A stretch of 56,100 nucleotides of DNA from Vicinamibacterales bacterium. Lineage in GTDB: Bacteria > Acidobacteriota > Vicinamibacteria > Vicinamibacterales > CAVVIG01. The stretch spans positions 1 through 56,100 of the forward strand of contig JANWLS010000112.1 in the NCBI GenBank assembly GCA_025450765.1, read 5' to 3'. The notes under the pieces were generated by a model. The model was not told where the DNA came from. It searched no databases and saw only the letters and a program-made list of their open reading frames with translations. Below, piece after piece: positions 17,949 to 27,300 of this stretch. The position numbers and the translations under genes are program-made. Numbering within the stretch: the first letter of the stretch is position 1; each line of letters begins with the position of its first letter.

Positions 17949-18032
17949 GGTCATCGGCCCCGACGGCCGGAGGCTTGAACGTGTGCGCTTCCGCCCGCGC
18001 GGTTCAAGAATCGCGCGCACGTGCCGATGACC
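17949..18032. promoter_or_regulatory. nested dyad carrying two back-to-back sigma-28-like promoter motifs
   Basis: The outer arms ggtcatcggc (17949-17958) and gccgatgacc (18023-18032), and the inner arms cttgaac (17974-17980) and gttcaag (18002-18008), share one symmetry centre. The plus strand reads TCAA-N15-GCCGATGA and the minus strand reads TCAA-N16-GCCGATGA, compared with the consensus TAAA-N15-GCCGATAA. Confidence 0.4.
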
Positions 18033-18040
18033 AGTGAGTC

Positions 18041-18532
18041 ATGAGAATCCTGATCGTCGACGACGAAGCGTCGATCGTCGAGCTGCTCGCCTCGGTCTGC
18101 GTCCGCGACGACCATGACGTCGCGTCCTGCACGGCCTCGACGGAAGCCCTGGCCTATCTCGACGCGAACCACGTCGACCTCCTCATTACAGACATCGCCA
18201 TGGGGCCGCCGGACGGTCTGCAGCTGATTCGGCAGGCCCGGGAAAAGCATCCGCAGCTGCTGGCGATTGCGATTACGGGGTACGCGGGACGCTATGGGCT
18301 GGAGGACGTGCTCGGCGCCGGCGCCTCGGACCTGATGTTCAAGCCGTTCCGGATGGACGAACTGCGCGCCCGCGTGGCGCTGGCGGACGAACGGCGGCGG
18401 ATGGTAGAAACCCTGAATGCGCGTCGCCAGACGCTGCAGCAGATGAGCGCCGATATGATCAAGGGTCTGGAGCAGGAGCTCCAGGAAGCCCGGCGCCCGA
18501 CGCCGCCCCGCACGGCCGCCCACAAGATGTAG
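18041..18532 (+). CDS. single-domain (CheY-like) response regulator with short C-terminal helix
   Basis: MRILIVDDEASIVELL...DLLITDIAMGPPDG...AITGY...DLMFKPF; 163 aa with an ATG start. Confidence 0.8.
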   Translation: MRILIVDDEASIVELLASVCVRDDHDVASCTASTEALAYLDANHVDLLITDIAMGPPDGLQLIRQAREKHPQLLAIAITGYAGRYGLEDVLGAGASDLMFKPFRMDELRARVALADERRRMVETLNARRQTLQQMSADMIKGLEQELQEARRPTPPRTAAHKM

Positions 18533-18554
18533 GCCCGCCGACCCGCCACCATTC

Positions 18555-18570
18555 GGGCACATCCGTTGCT
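18555..18570 (+). promoter_or_regulatory. sigma-54-like -24/-12 promoter motif upstream of the Maf-like operon
   Basis: gGGCAC-atccg-TTGCt matches TGGCAC-N5-TTGC at all positions except the first T. It lies 23 nt after the regulator stop and about 130 nt upstream of the ATG at 18699. Confidence 0.4.
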
Positions 18571-18698
18571 CCCTCCCTGGCCGGGACGAAGGCCAGGACC
18601 TACTCCCACTGAAAGTGCTCCGTTTTCGTGCCGGCCGGCGTGCCGGCACCAGCCGCCCACGCCGGGTGTCCGGCAGCGGTGTCGGCCCGACGACCGTC

Positions 18699-21536
18699 AT
18701 GCACACGGTGGAAGCATTTCTCGACAGCCCTGAGGGGCGATCGATCCGGCTCCATAGCGGGCGCGACCCGGTCGGAGAAGCCGCCCGATGGCTCGATAGC
18801 GCCCTGCCGGGTGGCGAGGTCCCCGAGTTTCTCGTGCTGCTCGGCGCCGGTCTTGGGTACGTGTTCGACGCGCTGGAGACGCGCGCCGTGCGCCCGCGCG
18901 TCTTGCTGATCGAATCGGACCCAGCGCTGCTCGCCGCCATGCGCGCCCGGCGCGACTGGAGCGGCTGGCTGGACAGCGGCCGACTGATCGTCCTTTCGGG
19001 CCCGGACTACGCCGGCCAGGGCGATGCGTGGCGGCATGTGCCGCGTCCGGAGATCGACTGGCCCGTCCTCGCCCATCCTGTGCTGCTCCGGGAGCGGCCC
19101 GCTGCGACCAGGGCCGCCCAGGCGGTCGCAGAGCGCATCCTCTTCGATGCGCGCGCCAACGCGGACAGCCGCACGGCGCTCGCTCGAACCTACCTCCTGC
19201 ACACGCTCGCCAACACGGGTGTGATCGCCCGCGAGGGGAACGCCGGTGCGCTGTTCAATGCATTTCCAGGGGTGCCGGCGATTGTCATCGGCGCGGGTCC
19301 TTCGCTCGATTCCAATCTCGACGCGCTGGCGACGGTCGGCGATCGCGCGCTGATGATTGCGGCGGACACGGCGCTCCGTCCCCTGCTGTCGGCGGGCGTC
19401 GCTCCGCAGATCGTGTTGGCGGCCGATCCCAGTGAAGCGAACGCGCGACACTTGCAGGATCTGCCACCGTGCGGCGCAACATGGCTCGTCGCCGAAGGCA
19501 GCGTCGGCTCCGGAGCCTTCGCGGCATTCGCCGGCCGCACGTTCGTCTTCCGGCTCGGCACGCACGAGCCCTGGCCGTGGCTGGAATCGCTTGGGATCGC
19601 GCGCGCATCGCTCCGCGCATGGGGCTCGGTCGTGACGTCAGCCTTTGACCTGGCGATTCAGGCAGGCTGCGACCCGATCATCTTTGCGGGGCTGGACCTC
19701 GCGTTCACGCGTGAGCGTCCGTACTGCCGGGGAGTCACGTGGGAGGAGGACTGGGCCCGCGAAGCACTCCACGGTCAGTCCGGCAAGCCGCTGGCACAGA
19801 CCTGGCGCGAGAGCATGGCGCGCTGGAAGCTCACCACCGAACAGGGCATCGACGGACACCCGGTGACGACCGCGCCACACCTGCAGGCCTTCCGGAACTG
19901 GATTGTCGAGCAGACGCCCACACTTGGGCGGCGCATCGTCAATGGAACGGGCGCCGGCATTCTCGTCGGCGGCGCGATCGAACAGCGCGACCTCGCGGGT
20001 GCCGTTCGTGAATGGCTGCCGGTGGACCCGCTCGACCTGCAGGCAACGCTGCGCCGCACCCACGCCCATCGCACGGATGGCCCGAGAACTCAGGAACGTA
20101 TGCCAGCTCTGTTGACCGAGTTGGCGCGCACCACAGCCGGCGCAGCACGGCGCGACCCGATCGACGCCTGGGTGGCGTTTGCCCCTGGCGTGGACGCTGA
20201 AGCGATCCGAGTCGCCCTCGGCGATGCGTGTGAGATGCTGGCGGCGCCTGCCCCTGCTCCACCACCGTCGATCGCCCCCCCCGTCCAGCCGCAAACCGTC
20301 TGGGATCCCTTCGTCGGGTTGATTCGAGTCCCGCCGCCTGAACGCGCGGCGACGCTGCACGCCGCGGCTGTTGACCAGGTCATTCCAGAGTGGGTGCGGC
20401 ACTCGCGCGACGTCCGCATCGCCGACGATGTTGATTCGACATCGCTCGTCCATGCGATCGAGTCAGCCCTGCGCGCGGACGCGTATCCGGCTCGGCGTCT
20501 CGACGAACTGGTGGCGTCGTTCATCCTGAGGTTCGAGGCGGACGCCGACCGCGCCGCCCACTCGTGGCGCCTGCTCGCGGCGTGGATGGCCCGCCAACCA
20601 GCGCACACCGCCCTTCCCCGTATTCTCAACGGGCTGCTTTCCTTGTCGGCCTGGCCGAGCCCTGATCCGTGTGAGCCCTCCCAGGCACCGCCACGCTCGG
20701 TGCTCGAGTCGACCGTCATCAGGCGGCTGACACCGCGTGTCCTCACGAATGAAGGCGTTGGCCGGGGCGTGTCTGTCCACACGTTCGACGATCGGCACGC
20801 CATCGTGACGCCCTATGGCGGACGGTGCAGCGTCCTGGTGGCAGAGGACGGCTCGCACCGCCCGCTGCCCGAGTGGCCACATCCGATCGTCGCGGAAGTG
20901 CCGTGGGGCGCGGAGGGCGGCGCGCTGGCGTGGGGGAATCACGACCGCCAACATTCGCACCTGATGTTTCGGCGCACAGGCCACAGCACGCCCGAGATCG
21001 AGGTGCTGCCCTTTTCGGCAGGCGCCACGCTCCTGACGCGAGAAGATGGAACGGCGATCTTTCCGAGTCATCACGGCGGGCTGTGGCAGTGGGCGCCGGG
21101 CACGGGCGCTCACAGAATGGCGGAAGCTCCGCCGTGCATCGGGATCGGTCGGCTCGCCGACGGCATCCGGCTGGATCCCGTGTCGCGCGATGCCAGGGAT
21201 CGACCCACTCGAGACCTGGCGCGCGACGCCTTCCTCTATCGCGTCGGACACGTGGAGCTCACGCGAGTGCCGCTCGATCGACGCGGTCAGCGATGGTCGC
21301 TGGCGACAGCGGCTGGCTGGACCGCGACGGCGTTTCCACAGACCGACCTCGTCCATGTCGTTCAGGCGTCTCGCCGGCGAGCCTTCGATCTCGTCTGCGA
21401 TTATCCCGTCGCCCTCGGCTGGGCCGGTCGCAGCCTGATCGTCGCCACGTGCCACTCCGAGATTCTCCTGTTCGGCCAGCTGCAGACGTCGCTCGACGCA
21501 GCGGACGCCACCGCAGAGCGGCACCGTCATGACTAG
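18699..21536 (+). CDS. Maf / MptE-like (DUF115) motility-accessory-factor-type protein with a long uncharacterised C-terminal region
   Basis: The DUF115 core FPGVPAIVIGAGPSLDSNLDALATVGDRALMIAADTALRPLLSAGVAPQIVLAADP (nt ~19275-19430). ATG at 18699 (MHTVEAFLDSPEG); the ORF opens at GTG 18615. About 500 C-terminal residues have no recognisable family. Confidence 0.75.
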   Translation: MHTVEAFLDSPEGRSIRLHSGRDPVGEAARWLDSALPGGEVPEFLVLLGAGLGYVFDALETRAVRPRVLLIESDPALLAAMRARRDWSGWLDSGRLIVLSGPDYAGQGDAWRHVPRPEIDWPVLAHPVLLRERPAATRAAQAVAERILFDARANADSRTALARTYLLHTLANTGVIAREGNAGALFNAFPGVPAIVIGAGPSLDSNLDALATVGDRALMIAADTALRPLLSAGVAPQIVLAADPSEANARHLQDLPPCGATWLVAEGSVGSGAFAAFAGRTFVFRLGTHEPWPWLESLGIARASLRAWGSVVTSAFDLAIQAGCDPIIFAGLDLAFTRERPYCRGVTWEEDWAREALHGQSGKPLAQTWRESMARWKLTTEQGIDGHPVTTAPHLQAFRNWIVEQTPTLGRRIVNGTGAGILVGGAIEQRDLAGAVREWLPVDPLDLQATLRRTHAHRTDGPRTQERMPALLTELARTTAGAARRDPIDAWVAFAPGVDAEAIRVALGDACEMLAAPAPAPPPSIAPPVQPQTVWDPFVGLIRVPPPERAATLHAAAVDQVIPEWVRHSRDVRIADDVDSTSLVHAIESALRADAYPARRLDELVASFILRFEADADRAAHSWRLLAAWMARQPAHTALPRILNGLLSLSAWPSPDPCEPSQAPPRSVLESTVIRRLTPRVLTNEGVGRGVSVHTFDDRHAIVTPYGGRCSVLVAEDGSHRPLPEWPHPIVAEVPWGAEGGALAWGNHDRQHSHLMFRRTGHSTPEIEVLPFSAGATLLTREDGTAIFPSHHGGLWQWAPGTGAHRMAEAPPCIGIGRLADGIRLDPVSRDARDRPTRDLARDAFLYRVGHVELTRVPLDRRGQRWSLATAAGWTATAFPQTDLVHVVQASRRRAFDLVCDYPVALGWAGRSLIVATCHSEILLFGQLQTSLDAADATAERHRHD

Positions 21537-22848
21537 CCTGGCGATACCTCGGGTTCCAGACTCGCGCAATCCCGATCTCCTCCAGTCGGCGCGAGGTCCG
21601 GCCCTGGAGCGCGAGGTCGCGAAATACACGCGCGATGAGCTCCGGGCCCTGCTGCGCGACGACCCATGGCGGGCCAACCATGTCGTGAATCTCCGCGAGT
21701 TCCTGTCCGGCGAGTCGGTCCTGACCACCTATCCATGGGACGTGTCGATTCCGATTGCGGACATCTGCAATGCACGCTGCCCGTTCTGCACCTCGTGGTT
21801 TCAGGGCACACGGTGTCTCCTCCTGGACGAAGTCGACGCGCTTGCGCCCGTGCTGCGGCATGCCGCTCGGCTGGCGTTGGCTGGTCACGGTGAGCCGCTC
21901 GTCCACCCGCAGTTCGACGCCCTCGCGGATCGGCTGACCGCCCTCCTCGATCCCCGATGCGTCACGTACCTCATTACCAACGGCCTGCTCCTCGGCCGGC
22001 GGCTGGACGTCCTCCTCCGGTTTACTCGTGGATTCACCGTCAGCCTGAACGCCGTGACACCGACCACACACCAGGAGGTGATGCACCTTGGACCGGATGC
22101 CCTGCCAGGCATCCTGGAAGCGGTCCGGCATCTGATCCATCGGCGGGACACGATCGCCCCCGGCATCGATGTCAGCCTCTCGTTCGTCGTGATTCAGCAG
22201 AACGTGCACGAGCTCGCCCGCTTCATCGAACTTGGCAACGAGCTTGGCGTCAATCGCCTCTTCGTCCGCACGCTCGCGCCCCAGGGGGGGCTCGGCACCG
22301 GGTTGAACTACCATGCGCTGCCGCCGTACCTGCATCGTGACTTCAAGGCGCTCGTGTCGAGGGCGGCGGACGCCGTTCGCTCGTCGTCCGTGCGTGTGGT
22401 CGGCGACCTGGCCAGTCTGGCCGCGCCGGTATTCCCGGCTGGCGTGGAACGGCAGATCCGGGAGAATCCACCGCCCGTTGTTCCTGTTTCCGAGATCCTT
22501 CGCAGCGGCCGGGGGCGCTCCGGTGCCGATGGACGAGGGGTGAACGGCAGGGGGCGCCTGCTCGCCACTCCGGCCCTCGACGCTGAAAGCGATCACGAAA
22601 ACGTGTACGACCGATCGGCGCGCTACGCCTGTCGTGCGCCGTACCACTTCTTGTATCTGAACGATTTCGAATTCCGGATGAGCCCGTGCTGCTACATGAC
22701 GCATGTGCCCGGGTTCGAAGCGACGCACTACGACGGCGGCTTTGATTTCTTCCAGGTGTGGAACAGCCCGGCGATGGTAGAACTGCGGCGGCGCTTGACC
22801 CGGGGGCCGCTGCTCGGCCCCTGTTTGCGGTGCCCACCCATTTACTGA
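21529..22848 (+). CDS. radical SAM enzyme with C-terminal SPASM/twitch-type Cys-rich domain
   Basis: Cluster motif ADICNARCPFCTSW (CxxxCxxC), then ALAGHGEPLVHPQ. The C-terminus CRAPYHFLYLN...SPCCYM...WNSPAMVELRRRL...CLRCPP is typical of SPASM domains. The start overlaps the upstream stop (ATGACTAG, 21529-21536). Confidence 0.8.
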   Translation: MTSLAIPRVPDSRNPDLLQSARGPALEREVAKYTRDELRALLRDDPWRANHVVNLREFLSGESVLTTYPWDVSIPIADICNARCPFCTSWFQGTRCLLLDEVDALAPVLRHAARLALAGHGEPLVHPQFDALADRLTALLDPRCVTYLITNGLLLGRRLDVLLRFTRGFTVSLNAVTPTTHQEVMHLGPDALPGILEAVRHLIHRRDTIAPGIDVSLSFVVIQQNVHELARFIELGNELGVNRLFVRTLAPQGGLGTGLNYHALPPYLHRDFKALVSRAADAVRSSSVRVVGDLASLAAPVFPAGVERQIRENPPPVVPVSEILRSGRGRSGADGRGVNGRGRLLATPALDAESDHENVYDRSARYACRAPYHFLYLNDFEFRMSPCCYMTHVPGFEATHYDGGFDFFQVWNSPAMVELRRRLTRGPLLGPCLRCPPIY

Positions 22849-22875
22849 CACGCGATACAGACCCGAGGTAAGCGA

Positions 22876-24297
22876 ATGGCAAGAGTGATGCTCGTGCAGC
22901 CGTGGAGCTACCACGATGAGAACGTGACGGGCCAGGACCTCGGGGAGCAATGGCGCAACGGCCCCTACTCGCTCGTGCTCCTCGGGACCATTCTCCGTCG
23001 CGAGGGCCACGAGGTGCGGATCGTCGACATGATCCGCGATGTGGTCGTGCTGAACGGCTCGGTTGACGGGTGCCTGCACCAGTTCGGCCTCGCGCTCTCG
23101 GAGTTCAGGCCCGACGTGGTCGGGTTCGGCTTCTTTTCCATTCACTATGCCGAGGTCATCCGAGCGGTCGACTACGCCAGGGCCGAATGTCGACGAATCG
23201 GAATCGCCCCGATCTTCATCGCCGGTGGGATCCACGCGTCGACCGAGCCCGCGCTGACGCTGCGGGACATGCACTTCGACCACGCGTTCATCGGCGAGGC
23301 CGATGTCAGTCTCGCACGGTTCGTTTCGACCGCCTCTCCAGACGGCATTCCAGGCATCGTCTCGAATCCTGCCGATCCGGTGAACCCGGGAGAAGCGATC
23401 AGCAGGCTCGATGATCTGCCGTTCCCGGACTGGTCCCTGGTGGACTACCGGTTCTACGCTCAGCCATCGCGCGGCAAGCTGAAGACGCGGAAGACCAGAA
23501 GTCTTGATTTGATGATGGGCCGCGGCTGCGTCTACAAGTGCACGTTCTGCGCGTATCCGACGCTGTCATCGGTCCGCTTCTATTCCGCCGAATACCTCGT
23601 CGAGCAGGTTCAATACATGCACCGGGAGTTCGCGATCGACAGCGTGTACTTCACAGATTCGACGATCGGGAACAACCGGCGGCTGATTACGGCGTTCTCG
23701 GAGGGCATGATCCGGAGCGGCCTCGCGCGGCACGTCGAATGGCATGCGAACATCCGCCCCAATCAGGTCAATGAGGAGATTCTCACACTGATGTGGGCAG
23801 CCGGATGCCGGTTCCTGTTCTATGGATTCGAATCGGGCAGCCAACGCGTCCTCGACCTCATGGCGAAGGGGTGCAAGGTCGGAGACAACGACAAGGCCGC
23901 GCGACTCCACGAGCGCCTCGGATTCCCCTACCACGCCAGCATGCTGCTCGGATTTCCCGGCGAGCGCGAAGAAGACATCCAGGAGACACTGGCGTTCATG
24001 CGGCGTTACACGCCTCCCAGCATGGGCGTGAACTGGTACGTGCCGCTACCGGGGTCTCCGGATTACGACACACTGAAGGCGCAGGGCGCCCTCGACGTCG
24101 GAGATCCGAAGCTCTGGAGAACGATTGGCGAGGTGAACAGCGCGCGCGTGTATGCCGAGGTGCCGGAAGCTCGCTTCCGTGAACTGTTTTCGGAGGCGGA
24201 ACGCATCGCCAACGTCGACGCACCGGCGCGTGCGCGGGCGCTCTGGGGATGCCTGGCGCCGCCCCATTCGGCGCTCGATCTGCCCGCTGCGTCCTGA
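22876..24297 (+). CDS. B12-binding-domain radical SAM enzyme
   Basis: An N-terminal Rossmann-like B12-binding segment (VMLVQPW...LGTILRREGHEVRIVDM) followed by MMGRGCVYKCTFCAYP (CxxxCxxC). GAGG lies 7 nt upstream of the ATG. Confidence 0.85.
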   Translation: MARVMLVQPWSYHDENVTGQDLGEQWRNGPYSLVLLGTILRREGHEVRIVDMIRDVVVLNGSVDGCLHQFGLALSEFRPDVVGFGFFSIHYAEVIRAVDYARAECRRIGIAPIFIAGGIHASTEPALTLRDMHFDHAFIGEADVSLARFVSTASPDGIPGIVSNPADPVNPGEAISRLDDLPFPDWSLVDYRFYAQPSRGKLKTRKTRSLDLMMGRGCVYKCTFCAYPTLSSVRFYSAEYLVEQVQYMHREFAIDSVYFTDSTIGNNRRLITAFSEGMIRSGLARHVEWHANIRPNQVNEEILTLMWAAGCRFLFYGFESGSQRVLDLMAKGCKVGDNDKAARLHERLGFPYHASMLLGFPGEREEDIQETLAFMRRYTPPSMGVNWYVPLPGSPDYDTLKAQGALDVGDPKLWRTIGEVNSARVYAEVPEARFRELFSEAERIANVDAPARARALWGCLAPPHSALDLPAAS

Positions 24298-24312
24298 GGT
24301 CTCCGGCTGGTG

Positions 24313-27300
24313 CTACGCCGCCTCGGCGGACGGGCTCCCCGCTTCGAGCTCCCGCAGGTACGCCGCCGCCTTCCCGTGCGACGGCTGCGCCGCCAGCGCC
24401 CGCAGGAAGTGGCGGCGAGCCTGTGCACGGCGATCCTCCTGCAGGTCCAGCTCACCCAGATGGAAGTGACAACTGGCTCTGATCTGCGCCTCGATGTCCG
24501 GGGGAGCCTTCTGGTGCCTCAACGCACGATTGTAATATCGTCGGGCCAGATCGGGCCGTCCGATCTCACGATAGGCAGACGCGAGACGCTGCGCCATCAG
24601 CGCGCGTGGCTCGGCGCCGTTTCGTACCAGCCGTCGGTACAACCTGGCTGCCACCCGATGTCGGCCGGAGCGAGCGGCGAGATGGGCCGCTTCGAAGAGA
24701 ACTCCGGACTGGAGCTCAGCATCGGTCTCTTCCAACCCCAGCATGCGTGCGTACACGCTGTAGGCCTCCTCCACACGATCGTCGTCGCGCAGCGATCGTG
24801 CCTCAGCAAGAGCACTCAGCGGGAAATCGAAGCTGGCCTCGATGCCGATCGGTGCGTCTACGGCAAATGGGTTCACGACCTGTTCGTAAGGCAATCGGCT
24901 GTAGGCCGCGTAGCGATCGGCCGCCGTTTGGGACCCGAGCACCGCTGGCGCCCGATCATCGCGCGCGATCGCGGCCGCTGATCGGATGGGAATCCCAGCC
25001 CAGATTTCGCCCGCGTATTGCGCATCGTCCGTATAGATCGCCGTGATCCGCAGGTTCAGCTGCCGAACGGCCGCCACGAGCAGCGGCGTCATCACGGCAT
25101 CGAGCCCCAGGATCCGAACGGCCGTGGTCTGCGGAGGAAGCAGAACGCGCAGCCGCGCGATCAACGCGCCCTGCAGCCGCAGCGTTCTCCGGCGATAGTC
25201 GCGCAGCAGGAGGCATGGAATATCCGAGGTACCAGGCGAACCGAACGCCAATTCGCTCCATTCTTTCTCGATCGACGAATCGAGCATCCAATCTGCCGTC
25301 CCGCCTGAAGAAAGCATCCGCACGCCGACGTTCGCCTCCTCGGCCCCCCCAGCCTCCTGAATCCTCCGCCAGAACTCGAGTAGAGGCATGGAGGCGAGCT
25401 CGTCGAGGCCTCCAAGTCGCTCGTACGTTTCCCGCCGGAACAGGAGAACGGAAGCGGGCCTGTTCGAGGCAGGCGTACCCGCACACGACAGGGCCATCAG
25501 CTCGGGATCCTGGTCGAAGCGCCGCATCAACTGCGCCACATCGCGAGGCGCACATTCTGCTGCTGTCGCCAGTAGACAAATGCGCCGGCCTTTCGCTCGC
25601 GCCAGCGCTTCGTTGATGGCGACCGTCCGGGTTCGTCCCCGGACAATGTGAACCAAGGAGGCGTCGAAGGCCGGCACGGGCACGCCGTCCTCCACTGAGA
25701 GCAGTATCTCAGCTCCCGAGTGCTCGTAAGTAGCCACCAGGCGCTCGATCGACGCCGCCCCAGACGGCACCGGACAGATCACCGACAGATTCGGACCGCG
25801 TTCCTCCGGCGTGAACAGGCGCACCGCCGAGGGCCCCTCGCTGACCTCTACCGCGGCCGTCAAGCCCCAGTCGCGGCGGTTCACATACGGCTTGGAGGAA
25901 TCCCACCATGGTCCGAACGGCGCGGCTTCGTGCTTGTCGCCGTACTTCTGGACCGCAGTCACGAAGGACCCATCGTGGTCCAGGTGGAAAATCTCGCCGA
26001 TCATCCTGCTCGGCAGGCCATGGCGATGGCACTGGATACAGAACTGCCCGTCCTTGTAAATCTTCGCGAACTTCACCAGCTCGTTGAAGCCGCCGACCCG
26101 GTGATAGCTCGCGCGATCCAGCAGCAGGAAGTCGCCCGCGCCGTTCACGTAGTACGGCGGCTCCACCTCGTTGCGACGGAGATGATTCCGGCAGTTCTCA
26201 AAGAGGTCCCACGTGGCCTCGCGCCAGCCGACGCGGCGATCGACATCGATACGCAGCGCTCGATAAAGCGTGCCAGGAACCAGCGGGCCGCGCGCGAGAC
26301 ACTCGATGACGTCGCGCGAGTAGAAGATGTCGGTATTGCTCGTCAGAATCCAGTCCGCCTGAGACCGGCGGATGGCCACGTTCTTCGCGAAAAACTCCAT
26401 GAAGACGAGCCGCGGATTCTCGCAGAGCTTCTCGTGCCACGCGGGGCTCACGACGTACGCGCGCGTCCACCACGGCAGGCGCTCCCTGATGATGTCGGCC
26501 AGCAACGGCCGGCCGGGCGTGGGATTCCACTCCACGAGCGTGAATTCGTGAGGAATACCCGCCTCGGTGAGGGCGCGATGGTTGAACGCCGCCGCCGCGA
26601 ACATCCGCTCGTTGAAGTCCTGGCCACCAAAGCCATCGTTCCGGCCAGTGAGGACAATTTCGAGTGTCCCGCCGCCAGCCGCCAGACCAGGACGCTCCAG
26701 CTCGGCCGAGAATCCGAATTCCCGATACAACTCGTGAATCTGAGCAGGGTTGATGGCGCCGGCGCGCAACAGCCGATCGGCCGTCTCATGTCCGCTGCGG
26801 ACGATTTCGTGCTGGCCCTGGCCGCGAGCCGCTGACACGTTGGTGAACACCGTGAAGCCGGGGCATTCTGCGGCCGCCTTGTAGCTCCTGTTGGAGTCGG
26901 GGACAAAGCCGACGTCCGTGATCGAGGTCCCGCTCACGTGCCCGGGCGGGTACGCAAAGGTGACCTGCTCGTAGCACCCCTTCAGCTCGTCAACGAAACG
27001 CGCGACGCTCGCGTGGTGCACGCTGTCGTGCAGCACGACCACTTTGGGCCGCAGCGCGAGCACGTTGCGCCAGTCCGCACGGACGCCGTCCTCACCGTGG
27101 TCGCCATCGATGAACACGAGCTCGAATGTCCGCCCCTCGGTGGCCAGCTTCGGGAGCAGGTCTCGCGAATCGCCGACGAGGAACTCGATCGCCCCGTCGA
27201 TGTCCGGGCGTACGGCCGCCGAGATCTCGCGGTTTCGAGCCAAGCCCGAGGCGAACGTCCGGGCACCGAAGGGAATGTCGATTGTCGTGACGCGGCAGTC

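Noticed and set aside
18628-18649. Perfect 8-bp GC hairpin gtgccggc-cggcgt-gccggcac upstream of the Maf-like ATG
   Set aside because: No U-run follows it on either strand, so it is not a canonical terminator. It lies inside the GTG-extended version of the ORF, and its function cannot be inferred.
20463-23283. 421-aa and 674-aa minus-strand ORFs (20463-21728 and 21259-23283)
   Set aside because: They are antisense to the Maf-like gene and both radical-SAM genes. The plus-strand frames contain the CxxxCxxC, SPASM and DUF115 motifs; the minus frames contain nothing recognisable.
21529-24297. The radical-SAM pair as a RiPP (peptide natural product) cluster
   Set aside because: I could not find a plausible short precursor ORF, protease, or ABC exporter in or around the operon. 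The context (Maf-like, glycosyltransferases, nonulosonate genes) favours glycan or flagellin modification. The RiPP reading is kept only as an alternative in the main finding.
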